Of a stretch of DNA of 64,000 bases, positions 12,466 to 26,524 are shown piece by piece. How positions within the stretch are numbered: the first letter of the stretch is position 1; the number at the start of each line of letters is the position of its first letter. The position numbers and the translations under genes were made by a program. The notes beneath the pieces were generated by a model, which saw only the letters and a list, made by a program, of their open reading frames with translations, did not search any database and was not told the origin of the DNA. The stretch is from assembly GCF_963921235.1 (NCBI RefSeq), contig NC_086108.1, positions 59,274,001 to 59,338,000 of the forward strand, written 5' to 3'. Source of the stretch: Mobula hypostoma. Its lineage: Eukaryota.

Positions 12466-12845
12466 CATAGAACCATAGAACCATAGAAACTACAGCACAG
12501 AAACAGGCCCTTTGGCCCTTCTTGGCTGTGCCGAACCATTTTCTGCCTAGTCCCACTGACCTGCACACGGACCATATCCCTCCATACACCTCCCATCCAT
12601 GTATCTGTCCAATTTATTCTTAAATGTTACAAAAGAACCCGCATTTACCACCTCGTCTTGCAGCTCATTCCATACTCCCACCACTCTCTGTGTGAAGAAG
12701 TTCCCTTTAAACTTTTCCCCCCTCACCCTTAACCCATGTCCTCTGGTTTTTTTCTCCCCTTGCCTCAGTGGAAAAAGCCTGCTTGCATTCACTCTATCTA
12801 TACCCATCATAATTTTATATACCTCTATCAAATCTCCCCCCATTC
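12466..12845 (-). mobile_element. CR1 3' fragment
   Basis: ORF GDLIEVYKIM...TRGHG...FFTQRVVGVWNEL; (CATAGAAC)n tail. Confidence 0.88.
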
Positions 12846-13569
12846 TTCAAAATTACTAAATTACTAAATTTATTACTAAATTTATTGCAAAATTACTAAA
12901 ACAAACCCTCTGGTGATTAGATAAAAGTTGGTTATACAAATTTTTCAATAGGTCGTGGCTTTCCAAGCAAATAGCCTCACTGAATTTCATTTATTCATGT
13001 GACTAAGGCAGGTTTTATTCATAAGTATGAACTTATTATCTGTTTAGGCAGAAAGCATGGTAAGATTTTTCCACGTCTGATTGCTCTGAAGAAACTGAAT
13101 GAAAGTTCAAATTTAGTCAGTGCATTAATGCCATAATTTAATTCATATGAATACACTAAACCCTTGCTACTAATCCCATGATTCTGCCTTTGTCATACTA
13201 TGGCCCGTCTGTTCAACACGTTGTGCAGTGCCTGATAATCATCTTGTAATGAAAAGCACTTCTTACAATATAGTTGCATTGATACTGGAACTAAGTACTT
13301 CAATATGAATGCACATTACTATAAAATATATCTTATAAGTTTACAAAGAGTATTTTTGTAGTTTAATTTGATGAACCCATTTCATGAATTGTGTAAGTTA
13401 TCAGGGAATTAGCAATGCAATATGCATAAAATGAACTATTTGACTTAAAATACATACAAACTGTGAGCACAGCTTGTCTATCAGAATATCCAGGCCAAAT
13501 TTATCGAAATACTTTGATGTAACTCCAAAACATCAATAATGAGACTGAAAAAATCAAAATTTCCTCGAT

Positions 13570-14580
13570 CTTTGCCTGACAAATCTGTTGGAATTCTTTG
13601 AGAAAGTAACAAAGGAGAGTCAGTGGACGTTGTTCACTTGGATTTTCAGAAGGCCTTTGACAAGGTGCACATGAAACTGCCAAGCAAGATAACAGCCTAT
13701 GGTATTACAGGAAAGTACTGGTATGGATAAAAGATTGGCCTACTGGCTGAAGGCAAAGAGTGCGAACAAAGGGAATATTTTCTGGTTGGTTGCCAGTGAC
13801 TAGTGGTGTTCCACAGGAGTCAGTGTTGGGTCCATTACTTACGTGTTAATAATCTAGATGACAGAATTGATGGCTTTGTGGCCAGAATGGGCAAAGAAGA
13901 GGAGGATGGAATATAGTGTAGGGAGATGTATGGTCATGTACTTTGATAGAAGGAATAAAGGCATAAACTATTTTCTAAATCAGTAGTAAATTCAGAAAGA
14001 GGAGGGGGAAGGGGACTTGGGAATCCTAGTGTAGAATTCCCTGAAGGTTTATTTCCAGATTAAGTTAGGAGTAAAGATGGCAAATGCTATGACAGCATTC
14101 ATTTTGAGAGAACTGGAATATAAAAGTTAGGATGTAATACTGAGGTTTATAAGACACTAGTCAGACCGCATTTGGAGTATTGTGAGAGTTTTGGTCCCTA
14201 TTTATAAGGAATAACATGCTAGCCTTGTAGAGGGTCTGGAGGTGGTTTACAAGGATGATTCCAGCACTGAAAGGGTTTTGAGGAGTGTTCAGTAGCTCTG
14301 GGCATGTACTCACTGGAGTTTAGAAGGATGAGGAGAGGGTGGTTCCAGTAGTGGGAGAGTTATAAAAGAGCTGAAGATTATTTTTTTTAGCCAACAGGTG
14401 GTGAATCTGTGGAATTCAAAGCCATACATGCTTCTTGGGGGCAAGCCATTGGGTAAGAAAGGAGAGGTTGATTTGTTCTTGATTGGTAAGGGGATCAAGA
14501 GAATGGGGATAAAAAGGAATAATATAACAGCCTTGACTGAATGGGAGAGCAAATTCAATGACTTAATGGTCTTCTTCTAC
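13570..14580 (+). mobile_element. Old degenerate CR1 LINE
   Basis: Nucleotide similarity to the CR1 at 1-2250 (ttggattttcagaaggcctttgacaagg; actagtggtgttccacagg; caggtggtgaatctgtggaattc). Confidence 0.8.
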
Positions 14581-14582
14581 TT

Positions 14583-14661
14583 CAGGGGTTCCCAATCTTT
14601 TTTTATGCCATGGACACCAACTATTAACCAAGAGGTCCTTGGACCTCATTGGAAACCACTG
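14583..14661. mobile_element. hAT (Charlie-like) MITE
   Basis: Terminal inverted repeats (TIRs) CAGGGGTTCCCAA / TTGGAAACCACTG; imperfect 8-bp flanks TTCTACTT / TTCTAATG. Confidence 0.6.
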
Positions 14662-16149
14662 TTCTAATGCCTATTTATTGTTTTCCAGACTCAAGCAACA
14701 TATAAGAATAGATTTAAAGAAGAAAAATAAGGGATTATGAAAGCAGTATTAGTTCTACCAATGCTGCGGAGGATAATCGTGATGCTTTGCTCTATTTTCT
14801 GCTCACATGGCCAAAGACGCCGTTATACAAGTTCTCTGGCATGGTTAAACACACATCTGAACAATTCATTATAGGGAGATGGTCTCCTTGATTTGTATCT
14901 CTACCTCCGCTCCCGGGTCTGGCGCCAATGTCATTGCGCCAGCAGCTGGCCCGAGCCTTCAATTCTTAATGTAGATGGCAATCAATTATCAGTCTGAAGT
15001 TAAAAGGATACCTTTGCAAGCAAGCACACAGACCATGGAACACAGGACGCTGGTTCACAACTGGGCTGGTTTTTTCTCAAGAGATGCAGTGTAAGACAAT
15101 GGGGTTATTTAATTGAGCTTATTTCAAACCAGTTATTTATTTATTTCCAGGAAACTTGCAGACCAGATTTATACTATCATATCGCACATTAAATAGCTGA
15201 TCTGTTAATACAGTAGTTGGAAAGGTTTTGTGCTCAAAGAGTCAGCTTCACAGCATTAATCATGGGTATCTGGGAACTCCATTCCCAGAAGCTTTTAGAT
15301 CATTTGTGTAAATAGATATCTGGGAAAATATCCTATACGTGTGTGAAGCCACCCAATTGACAGAAAAACAGTAGAAATATAGAGAGTAATCAGGGTTATT
15401 ATGAATGGTGAAGGACAGTAAGAAGAATGACAGAACGATGGGGACTAGAATCCATTTCTCTGCCTTTGAATTCTGTGTCAGATAATTCATTAGTTTGCAA
15501 CTTGTTGGTATGTCTTTTTAGCTTCTAGAAATTGCATCTGTGCTTTTGAAATACTTTGTAAGATTGAAATCCTATGTGAGTTATAAATGTGTTTTAAGAG
15601 TTTTGCCTGGATTTTAACATGTATCACTAAAAATAAATGAATCATGTTTAAACTACTTTGTAAGAGGTAAGGAGGGGGCACCCACCGCTCAAACAATAGG
15701 CAGTTGCAACTCAACTCACCATGAAGGATAAACAGGTGAACTACTCTTTGAAGAGTAGATGGTTATAGTATAGCTTCCCTCTAGTGAGGGTCCTGTAGCT
15801 ATCTATATTGGAGAGGGCTTAAGGTCTTCTTCTGAGTTTAGAACTCAAGGAGATGCTCTGGTTTAGGAATATTCTTGTGTTCATCTCTTCTGAGGAGTCT
15901 TTGGAAGAATATATCCTCTTGCTAACTTACATACAGTTTTGGCTGTAATCAATGAAAAAACTATTAACAGATGTTCGCTTAATTATTCTGTTCTTTTTCA
16001 GCCAGTTTTCAAGCATAAATATGCAAAGTGGTTGATATTTTGAATAGCAACCCTAATCTGAAAACAGACTATAATTAAGTTTTTTTTGTACAATGAAGTT
16101 CATGCACGAAATTACAGAATACATAACCAGCTAGCCTGTTGCCAATTTC

Positions 16150-16680
16150 AAAGTTTAAAGTTCAATGTAAAGTTATTATCAAAGCATGTATATGTTAACA
16201 TCTTCTGCCTTGAGATTAATTTTCTTGCAGGAATTTACTGAAAAAATGAAATACAATAAAAATGTATGAAAAACTATATATAAATGAAGACTGGCAAACA
16301 AAATGCAAAATAAGACAATCTGTGCAAATAAGTGAATATAAGCTGTAAAGACTCCTTGAAAGTGAGCCTGTATGTCATAGAATCAGTTCAAGCAGTGGTG
16401 AATAAAGCATCTGCACCAGTTCAGGAGCCTTCTGGTTGTAGGGTAATAACTGTTCCCGAATCTTGTGGTTGGGACCTAAGGTTTCTGTACCTCTTGCCTG
16501 ATGGTAGTAGTGAGAAGGGGATATGCCTTGATGGTGGCATCTTTGACGATGGATGCTGACTTCCTGTGGTAGTGTTTCATGTAAATATTCTCAATTCTAT
16601 GGATGGCTCTGCCTGTGATGAACTGAGTTGTATCCACCATTTTCTGTAATATTTTCCATTCCTGGGCATAATGCAGCCGG
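16150..16680 (-). mobile_element. Rex1/Babar 3' fragment
   Basis: Begins with a caaagtttaaagttcaa tail and resembles the 3' region of the Rex1 at 39733-40270 (ctgtacctcttgcctgatggtag). Confidence 0.65.
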
Positions 16681-17899
16681 ACGGCATAACAGTTAGGGCC
16701 ACCAACGTTCTGTTCATTCTTTTTGGATTACAAACTACACTGTTCTGTGAAGTTACCAACAGGAAATTCCCCAGTAACTCGTTAAGAATATTGCAAAGTT
16801 TGTTAATTTAGTACTTTTTGATCTTGTAATCCTTAATGAACAATCCATATTGAATATAGGTCTGTAAACAAGCATATGCTACCCATGATTGAACAGCTAT
16901 TACACACTACACATATGTATCTATGGTTCTTGGGGACACTCACTGTATCTTTGTTTTTACCTTTAGTAGCTATCAGAATTTTTAGCTCAGATAATAAGAA
17001 GGCTACTGTATCATACAGACAGCAATGGAACCAATGACCACCCCATTCAGCTAGACAATGGAGGCCGATGTTGTGATAAGCTACATCAATGAGAATAGCA
17101 GACTGCTATCACAATAACTTATATGACATTTATAAGTTCCACTGTTTCATTGCTATTTCTCATGGATGTATGCTTGATTGGAGGAATTCAAATATCTATC
17201 CATGGGCAAGGTGTACAGAATTATTGGAAACAACAATACTTTAGGATGTCAGCTGTAGCACACTATGTTTTGGTTTCTGAGCAAGATGGTTGAGAGTTCA
17301 GAGCATGAAGTGTAATAGGTAGATATTCTCCACATGCCTGAAGTGAAGCATAAACACTTTATTTGCTATCATCTGCTTGTCCTGAATCATGTTAACACAA
17401 GAAAAATTAATATCATAGAGGAGAAAGCAGCTTTTTTTGGTGACATCTGAAACATTCTTTTGCTCCATCACTGGCATATTGTGGCTGTAGTGTGTACCAT
17501 CTACAAAATATATTGCAGTTATTCTCATAGATTAGCCCGGCAACACCTTGCAAACATATGAGTTCTACCACTAAGAAGGACAAGGGCAGGAGGTCAATGG
17601 CTCAGTGGCTTCTGCCTCAGTGCCAACAACCTGGCTTTGATCCTGATCTCTCATGTTATCCGTCTGTCACTTTTGCTTTTCTTTGCCATTTGCCTCTCTC
17701 CTGACTTCCATTCAGGAGTATCCCTTTGGCATTAGATTCATAAGTTCAAGTGATGTCCACTGTAGTAAGAAATCCAGGGATGAAAGGAAGAGAGGAACTT
17801 GAAATCATCATCATCTTTAGAGAAAAAGTATAAATGCAATGTAATGCAACAACTGGCTGGAGGATTCAGGAAAGGTTCCAGCGTGTTGGAAGATGAACA

Positions 17900-18510
17900 G
17901 TGTTAGAAAGCAGGAAGCTCTAGTCCTACCAACCAGATATATCATTGGGAAAATTCTGGAATCCATTTTAAAAAATCAGTAGTGGGACATTTAAAGAAAT
18001 AAGGTCCTGTTGATCCTACTTGATTGTATTGTGAAAGGGAAATCACATTTGACATGCATAAAAGGAGGCTGAAATGAATAAGCTGGATGAAAAGGAAATC
18101 CGTACATTTAAGTGTTTTTGGATTTTCTGAAGACAATTCGGTAACATGACACACAACAGTTCAAAACACTGAGGACAGTATATAATATGGATAGTCTTGT
18201 GCTAACTATCAGAAAACAGAGAATCAGGATAAATGGATTATTTTCAGGTTTGTAAGCTGCAGCCAGAGATATGCCACACAGGCTGATCCATGATTTATAT
18301 TACTTATTTAGAGGAGGGAAGTAAGTAGACAGTAACTGAGTGTTATGTGGGAAGACAAGTGTGAGGAGGATGCAGAGAGGACCTACAAAGGGATTTAGAA
18401 TGTTTAAATGAATTGGAAAACAACCACAGAAGGAAATGTGAGGCAATCCACTTTTATAATAAAACTAGGAAAGCAAATCATTGTTTAAATGGAGAGAGAC
18501 TACAGAATGC
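17900..18510 (+). mobile_element. Very old CR1 fragment
   Basis: Residual similarity to CR1 RT DNA (gtgaaagggaaatca; ttttggattttc; aaatgtgaggcaatccacttt). Confidence 0.55.
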
Positions 18511-18948
18511 ACATCACCCTGCCTCATGATTACTAAGACTTTATCAGTAATCCATTTTCAATATTATCTCAGCCTTGTTTTTTCTGTCTGCGAAAGGAGA
18601 ACATGCCCAGTTGGGCCTGTCTCCTGCTCCGTATATCAGAACTCCCCTCCACGGAGGGCAAACTACCTATGCTACATGTGCCTAAGACAGCGTGTGCAAG
18701 AATGTTGTTCGCACATGGCATGCAGTTCCACCCCTGACTTTTTAATTCACACCCATAATACAAACGATACATAGACAAATGAAGAAATGAGTGATTTTTT
18801 ACAACCCAAGAGCTATGAAATGCCTTATACTGTCTTGGCACCAGCTAGATGATTATGAGATCACATGACATTGGATGATATGTTTTGAAGTCCTTGCAGA
18901 CCTGGTGTATGCATCAGTGTTTGATTAGTAACAGTTATAATTTCAATA

Positions 18949-19816
18949 CAGGTTAAGCACACCTTATCCAAAATTGTTGGGGCCAGCAGTGTTTCAGATT
19001 TTGGAATATTTGCATCTATGTAATAAGATGCAGATTATACATATACCTGAAAGTAGTTTTATATAATACTTATAATAATTTTGTACATGCAACGATACTG
19101 TGTACATTGAATCATCAGAAAGGTAGGTTATCACTACCTCGGCCACTAAGGTGGATAGTCAGTGACTGTTTCCACCGTCATCATTCCTGACTCTGTATTT
19201 ATGTGCCACTAGTAAGTCTTTGTCATACATGTGTTCACCACACATACAGTATGTACTGATGCAGCCATTCAGCATGTTAGATTTTCATCAGTAACGATCT
19301 TGGCAGACATCAAAGAATTATTCTGCTGCTTTGTAATCAGCAGATGCTTTAATACCAAAAAAAACTTTAAAAATTTAATGCTGTATCTTTTCTTAAATTT
19401 CTGCAACCAACCTGCTGAATATTCACAATTACCTTCAGTTTGTTGTGATTGATCTTTGCCTGTTTCATGACAAATTTCACGTCACCTGCCGGTGATAATA
19501 AACCTGATTCTGATTAGCATACTATTAAGCAACACATGATTACTCTGATGCTGATGAGTCCACTCTTTCAATGCATGCTGGAGATGTTCATTTTTCACTT
19601 TATGCAGTTTTTTTTAAATTTTTCATTAACTTCTGTTCGTTACATATGTGAGGCCACTTCTCAGAACTCACTGTAGTGCGCAAAGATTTGCGTGTCGCCT
19701 GGGAACTTTCTCAGCACCTAGTGGAATTTTCTGCTTGTGATGGACATCACGTCAGCACTCAAAAAAAGTTTGGAGTCAGAGGATTTTGGAATTTTGGATA
19801 AGGGGTGCTCAACCTG
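18949..19816. mobile_element. Tc1/mariner-pogo (Tigger-like) non-autonomous DNA transposon
   Basis: TIRs CAGGTTAAGCACACCTTATCCAAAAT and ATTTTGGATAAGGGGTGCTCAACCTG (24/26 match); TA on the left flank, TG on the right. Confidence 0.8.
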
Positions 19817-19834
19817 TGCTATATAGAACAGCGA

Positions 19835-20028
19835 TGGAGAGAGAGGACACAAATGGAGAGAGTCGGAAGACCACCGGACAGAATGGACTGAAGAGCGAGG
19901 GTCCGAGGGCTGGCTACGCTTGGAGGTCAGCGACGCTCGGGGGAGGTCGATGGTCGATGATGGCTCGCTCCTCAGTCCACTCCATCTGGTGGTCTTGCGA
20001 CTCTCTCCCTTCGTGTCCTCTCTCTCCA
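19835..20028. repeat. Imperfect inverted repeat: 65-bp arms, 64-bp spacer
   Basis: 19835-19899 versus the reverse complement of 19964-20028: 57/65 identical, ungapped. Confidence 0.9.
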
Positions 20029-20052
20029 CAAGTTTCATTTGTCTCCTATACA

Positions 20053-20123
20053 GTTCTGATGAAAGGCCCTTGACTTAAAACGTTGACCTTGTTTCTCTTC
20101 CCACACATGCAGCCTGGCCTGCT
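20053..20123 (+). mobile_element. Degenerate PLE 3' end with decayed hammerhead motif
   Basis: ttctgatgaaaggcccttgacttaaaacgttgac...atgcagcctggcctgct resembles the intact family copies. Confidence 0.55.
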
Positions 20124-21236
20124 AAGAATAAGAGGTGATGTGATATATTAAAAAATAAACTGGTTCCATTTGCTCCAGGATCTGTACCTAAAGGACATAC
20201 ATTCAGAATAATTTGCATAACACCAGAAAAAAGGGCAGGAAATAAATAATAACTACATTGTACATTGTTGTGATCTTGAATGAATTACATTAAATATCCA
20301 TGAAATAAAATTGACAAAGGAAATTATGAAATACTTGATGTACAAGGCAATCACTATGAAGAAAGAGCAGGATAATGTTACTGGGGGGTATTGTTAATTC
20401 AAGGAGTTGATGGGTCAAAGAGTTTTTGTGATTATGCTACCTTTTTCATCAGTTTAGCATTCCTTTATTTAGTAATGTTTCTGTGGGTATTTTGTTTACA
20501 ATAAGGGTTACATAATGCAACTTGTTTTGATAATCTCTTGCACAAAACAATGTCTTTCTAAAGTTACTCTTCGATTAGAATCAACCTTTCAAACTAATAC
20601 CGGAATGATTATATATACAAGCTTCATAATTCTATGTTGCATATTGCAATAAAACAGTCTGCCATATATTACACTGTTCAAAAATAGCTCACTGGAACAA
20701 TTTCTCATTTAGTCGTTCCACGAACTGCTCCATTTAATTTATGAGATGTGAAGAACATTCTGTAACATTAGCAAATACTGCCAGTAAAGGTGATGGTTAT
20801 ACACAATCACAAAAATACATTTTAAATAACATTGAGAACCATTACATCAAAGGTCAAATGTATACAAGTCACTGTTTCACCTTTGTTAATAACTGATTAA
20901 TTTTGAAATGCTGCAGGTTGTCCCTGAGTTCTGGTAACACAGGCCTAATTTCCCAGTAGCAAAATATAATCATAAAGAAGCCAGTGGAGAAATACACATC
21001 AGTCAAAACAAAGTATAGCAGTAAGGCTTGGAGATGAAAATTGCTGCTGAATCAGTGTAACTTTCACCCTTTGTATTGATGATGATCAGTAGGTGTTTTA
21101 GTCACCGTCTTTGAGGTGTTATTTGATTTGCAGGCTAAAATCTACAGCTGCAAATGCTAACAGACTAGAATTACTTCAAATGGCAGTAGGTATTTGTTCC
21201 TTTACATTTCAGTTCTTTTTTTCATTTTAAGATCTT

Positions 21237-22480
21237 TTTTATTAATTATTATTGAACACAAAACATTAAAGTAATCAAGTCAACATGTCAATATGTACAA
21301 TGAGGAATTAAATCACCAAATAACTGATTAACAAAGCTAAACAATATATCAATAATAATAAGAAAAAATAAAGTGTTAAGACTATTTTTTTTTGGAAAAA
21401 AGAAGGAAAAAAAGAACCCCTACTAACTAAAACAAAACAAAAACCCTGCTAACAAAAAAACCCGAAAAAAAACCATTGGGAGCACAACCCCAGAGCTATA
21501 CGCCATATAAGCTTCCATAAAAGAAAAACATCAATCTGCCAACTCAAATCTATTTAAACAAGAATCAGGAGGAAACCATCTTAATTAACTCAAATCAGAT
21601 AATAGTAGCGGGCAAAAGAACCCCACATTTTCTCAAAGTCAAATCGAGGATCAAAAGTTCGACTTCTGATTTTCTCCAAACTAAGACATAGCATCACCTG
21701 AGAGAACTATTGTATCAAAGTGGGAGCAGAGGCATCTTTCCATTTCAATAAAATAGCCCTTCTGGCCAATAATGTGACAAATGCAATTACATGTTGGTCT
21801 GATATAGAAATATCATGAATACATTGAGGGATTATACCGAACAAAACTGTCAACTTATTGGGTTGTAAATTAATTTTTAAAGCTTTAGAAATTGTAGAGA
21901 AAATAGATTTCCAAACCTGTTTCAATACAGACCATGACCAAAACATATGTGTCAATGTAAATGTCTCGGTTTTACATCTATCACACTGACTATCAACATT
22001 AGGAAACATTTTAGACAGTCTCTCCTTTGTCAAATAGTAACGATGTACAATGTTAAATTGAATTAAAGAGTGACTGGCACAAATTGAAGAAGAGTTAACC
22101 AACTTCAAAATACGCAATCAATCCTCTGTTATCAAGGTCATGTTAAGCTCTCTTTCCCAATCTTGCTTAATCTTAAATAAAGGATTATTGTACTGTTGTA
22201 ACAGTAAATTATAAATTTTCCCAATAAAACCTTTCCCTAAAGGATTCATTTCTAAAATAATGTCTAACAGGTCAGAATCCTGTATATATGGAAAATTACT
22301 TAAATATTCTTGTAAGAAATGTCTGACCTAAAAATATTGCAAGAAATGTGAGTATGAGAGAGAGTATTTAGTTACTAATTTCTCAAAAGACATCGATCGG
22401 CCTTCTTGGAACAGATCCATGAAGGAATAGACTCCTTTATTCCTCCAAAGAAAATAAGGTAGGATCACTTAATGAAGTTT
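21237..22480 (-). mobile_element. L1/Tx1-type LINE 3' end
   Basis: ORF 21707-22117 has a zf-RVT-like C-terminus (QFNIVHRYYLT...CDRC...HMFWS); the minus strand ends in AAATTAATAAAAAAA-like A-rich sequence at ~21237. Confidence 0.8.
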
Positions 22481-23269
22481 TAAATAAATAATACATTTCA
22501 GTTCTTAAAATTATGTAATGCAGAATATAAAGTGATTATTGGAATAAACAATTCAGAGGTAAGGTGAGAGTATCTGCAAAAACTGAAGGCACTGAGAATT
22601 GAGGGGTAAATCAACATTGTATTTTACCCAGGACAATGATGGTTCTGATTGGTTGAAATTAATCATCTCGTCCCCAGAAAAATAATACACTATTTCCACA
22701 AGAGGAAGAAGTGGAAACATTTGCTAATGACTGATGATTGTTTTCATGAGAATTACCAAGATAATTAAGCAATCTCTACTGCACAAAATAGACCTGGGCA
22801 AATTTCAGGCATGGAGAGAGATACCTGTTGTAATACTTATGACAAAGAAGTGTCTGCCAAAACCACCTTAAACAATTCAGAGTCTAAACTAAAATTCATT
22901 GACATTTAATAGTTTTACTGTAGCTGAAAACCATATCATCAATATCATACGAGCATAAGATGGACAAATAGCATTAACCATAAACTAAACTAGAAGTCAC
23001 ATAAATTCTGCGGGTCTCAGAGCAAGTCAGAAACTGCTTATCTTGGGGTGATGTACTATCGTACATTTGCCCGGATAAATGGGGCTTCAAGAATACAATC
23101 TTAGGCAATGCAGCCTTCTTGAAAAGCTGCACCCTATCACCCTCATCATTATTTCCTTCACCTGTGTAGATACAAGGAGTAATGTGGAGGATAATTAAAA
23201 AGGCAGAGTCTCAACTACCATTGCACATGATTTCAATCACATACATCTCTGTTTCATTTTCATTAATGG

Positions 23270-23560
23270 GGAGGTCTCACATGAGAGGACATGATAACAA
23301 AATACAGGGGATTAAGTCTCTTAAACTGCAAGCACATAGAAATTTCTTTTTGTAAGGGCAGTGAATTACTGGAATTCTTTCCTCCTAAAAAATTGGGAAG
23401 GCTAGATCATTATAATTATTAAAGATAGAGGGTGATCAATTCTTGGAAGATCAGGGAACTGAAGGCACAGAAGAGGAGATGAAGCCAGTTTGATCATATT
23501 GAGTGTTGAGGAAGGATTGAGGATCTAGGTGGCCTACTTTTCTCTAATTCCTTTTTTTCT
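23270..23560 (+). mobile_element. Old CR1 3' fragment
   Basis: gagaggacatga...aatttctttt...gtgaattactggaattct...ggcctact, matching the CR1 3' pattern. Confidence 0.55.
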
Positions 23561-26524
23561 TGTGTTTAATCATGCAAACTACAGAAGCAATTTTAACACT
23601 GGAAGCTGCAAGTGGATAGGAATAGGAAATTTAATTAGTTGGAGTTGTCTCCAATTTGTCCACTTCCACGTTTAACACGGGATTTTGGACGCCAATAGAA
23701 ACTGATGAAACAAGGTCAGGATTTAATAATTAGATATAGGTGGTCACTTATTAGTGTAATTAACATAATTTGACTTTATTCAAATTTTATTTTAGTAGCC
23801 CAGGGCTCAGTGGACTATATATTAAGTTTAAGCCTTAGTTCGGATGGATATTTTCATTGAGTTCTCAGGTCCCCTGGATGCATTTGCATCAATGCATGAA
23901 AATCACACTCATATCATTATCACATTTCTTCAACCTGCTAATTTGTATTAATTTCCGAAACATTTCTTCCCTTTAATCTGTTTTCCTGAAGGCACTGAAA
24001 TTAAATACAAGTTTCCCTCTGGTTCTCAAGTGGCCCCTACTCAGGCTGTAATTATGCCCAAAGAAAGCAGCCAGTTTTGAGTTTGTACATATTTACTTGG
24101 TTCCTAAAAGTTTAAAATGCAATATTTACCTTTAGTCTTACAAGAAAACAGGAAATCAACACTCCAGTATTAGAAGGCAACTCCATTACTCTCCTGTGTC
24201 CTCATTACAGACATCAGAATCCTCTTTAATTTTAACACCTTTGACCAGATCCACTGTGCACTATCTATAGTGCCACCTGATCTCATAAATGCACTTGGAG
24301 TGAGACGACCTCTGAAAGGTTTTTCTTCATCCAGAATGATGTTCAAATTTAAATGTATCTCTGTTGGAAGACTTCAAATAAAACTGTTATCTCAATAGCA
24401 ATAATTGGAATGATTATCTCAATGGCTTGAAGTGTACTAGATGGATTTTAATTGAACAAGAATGTACTGAGATACATGAAGAATGAGAACAAACGTGGTT
24501 AACATGAAATGATATTTTTAGGTTTGCCAATGGAATGGTAGAGATGCAAGGAATGTATTCTAAATAGCCTTATATTTAAGCAAAATAAACACATTGAAAT
24601 ATCAACAATAAAACACTGCAAAATGTAAAATGAACAAAATTACAACTGGGAAACTATGTGTTGCCTGATTAGTTTCAGAAGAGCGACCCAAATGTACCTG
24701 GGTTTTTATCTCAATTTCCCACAATTTTTGGAACAATGGCTTCAGAAGGATTGCAATAATGAAGAAAAAGGTCTGCTGACAACCATTGAGGTCATGTAAA
24801 GAACACTCAACAAAAATCATATACAAACTCTATCATCTTGAGCTGACTTTCAATAGAGAGGAGGTTGTGGTCTTAAACTACACATCATGACACCACTATC
24901 AATTAGGAAATAATGCACACATGATCAAATTACTGACTGACTTGCCCTCTAACTGTTAACAACATGAAAACCAGACACATCAAATGATCTAAATTAAAAA
25001 TTCATGAAAGATGTGCATTTCAAATGAAACAAAATGTTGTGGAATTGGGTTAAGTATAGAATAACAAAAATTTACTGAGTACAGGTCAGTAAAAGGGCAA
25101 TGGTAGGAGGTTGGTGGTCCACTAACCAGGAATGGATGGAGTGAGCCAAAGACATTTCATATTAAACATCTGTAAAGAAAGCAAACGTCAAAATACATGG
25201 TTGCTGAATGGAACAAGTGTGATTTTCTCTCCCTGAAGATCCAAATGCTTGTGTCTATTATAACATTACAATTTGCATATTGATCTTTATTTGGTATTGT
25301 TGATTATTTTACATCTTTTAAGACATTACTTTGCATCAACTGAGTGTACTAGTCATGCAAATTTTGACCAGAAATTATGGCTCTGTTACAATTTGCTTTT
25401 ACTGTTCTGCATCATATATGAATAGAAAACTGCAGCATGACTCATATCAGCTCTATTATGATAAGATCGGAAGATTATGCCCATGATGTATAACCCCTTT
25501 ATGATTTGTTTCCAAAAATGCTGCATGATGCCTGTATGCACCCTTGCAGCATGTCTCTTGCTAGCTGCCCTATTGGTAAGAATGGTAGCACCTGCAGTAA
25601 TTATGCACATCAGAAACAGTCATAGCAGGCAGATTGTCATGTCCACAGTAAGATTGGAGATCGATAAGTTAGCTTCCATCTGCTTACGCATGGAAAATAC
25701 AGCACTTTAGAAACATTTAGAATCACCTTCACTCATTTAAAAGTTTGAATATGTTAGTAATCAGTACACAGGTGTCCTTGTCCTGGGTGTATTTTCAGGC
25801 CCATCACAGTTACTGATGTTTGTAGGGATGTATAAGTGCACTGTCACCTGGTCTTCTGGTAAACCCTGTTGCTCCTGGATCAAGGATTCTTTGCTAACTG
25901 CACTTCTCAGTCTAACATAATTCAGGTAAAGAATATAGAGCTAAGAACAGGGCAATTTATCAGGAGAAGTGGTGGGGGGGGGGGAGGATAAAAGATATGA
26001 GGACTTATCCACAAAGAATTTTCTGGAAAACATTTTTCTTTGTGCTCCTCAGTGGGGAATAATGCTTGAAGTGATTGTCGAGGAATGAATTCTGAAATTA
26101 CTAAAATAATCAAAAGGAATTAAATTTGCAGCTGTTTCAGTCAAGTGAGCAATGGCATGTTTCTGGAGCTGATGTATCCTCCTGCTGATTGTACACTCTG
26201 ATTTCCACCCCCCCCCCCAATAGTAGTGAAAAATTATTGTAAATCTGTGCTCTGAACCTGAGCTCCCCAACAAGAATTTCCAACATTGGGTGCAGTTGCA
26301 CATTTACTAGTAATTATTTGTCAGGAAGTCAGTACTTTATTTCCTGCAAATTTAAACTATTCCTTAGTTGGCTGCAAATAAAATGAAGAACAAGAAGCTT
26401 AAATAAATTGACTGTAGTTATATAATAACATCCTATAATGTCACTGCCTCAACCTCTTTCCTTTAAACAATGGATAAGATAGATATGATTAAATGAAATA
26501 AGAAGAGTTAATCAAGACAAGGAA

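Noticed and set aside
12849..12900. Short tandem repeat (AAATTACT)n
   Set aside because: Low-complexity slippage at a CR1 truncation junction; no evidence of function.
19886..19980. CTGAAGA / CTGAGGA hammerhead-like cores in the rod-like repeat
   Set aside because: No GAAA box follows the putative stem II on either strand.
25386..25710. Hydrophobic ORFs vaguely like a GPCR N-terminus and TM1 (MEANLSISNLT...LMCIITAGATILTN)
   Set aside because: In-frame stop, no downstream rhodopsin-family motifs, and too short to support a call.
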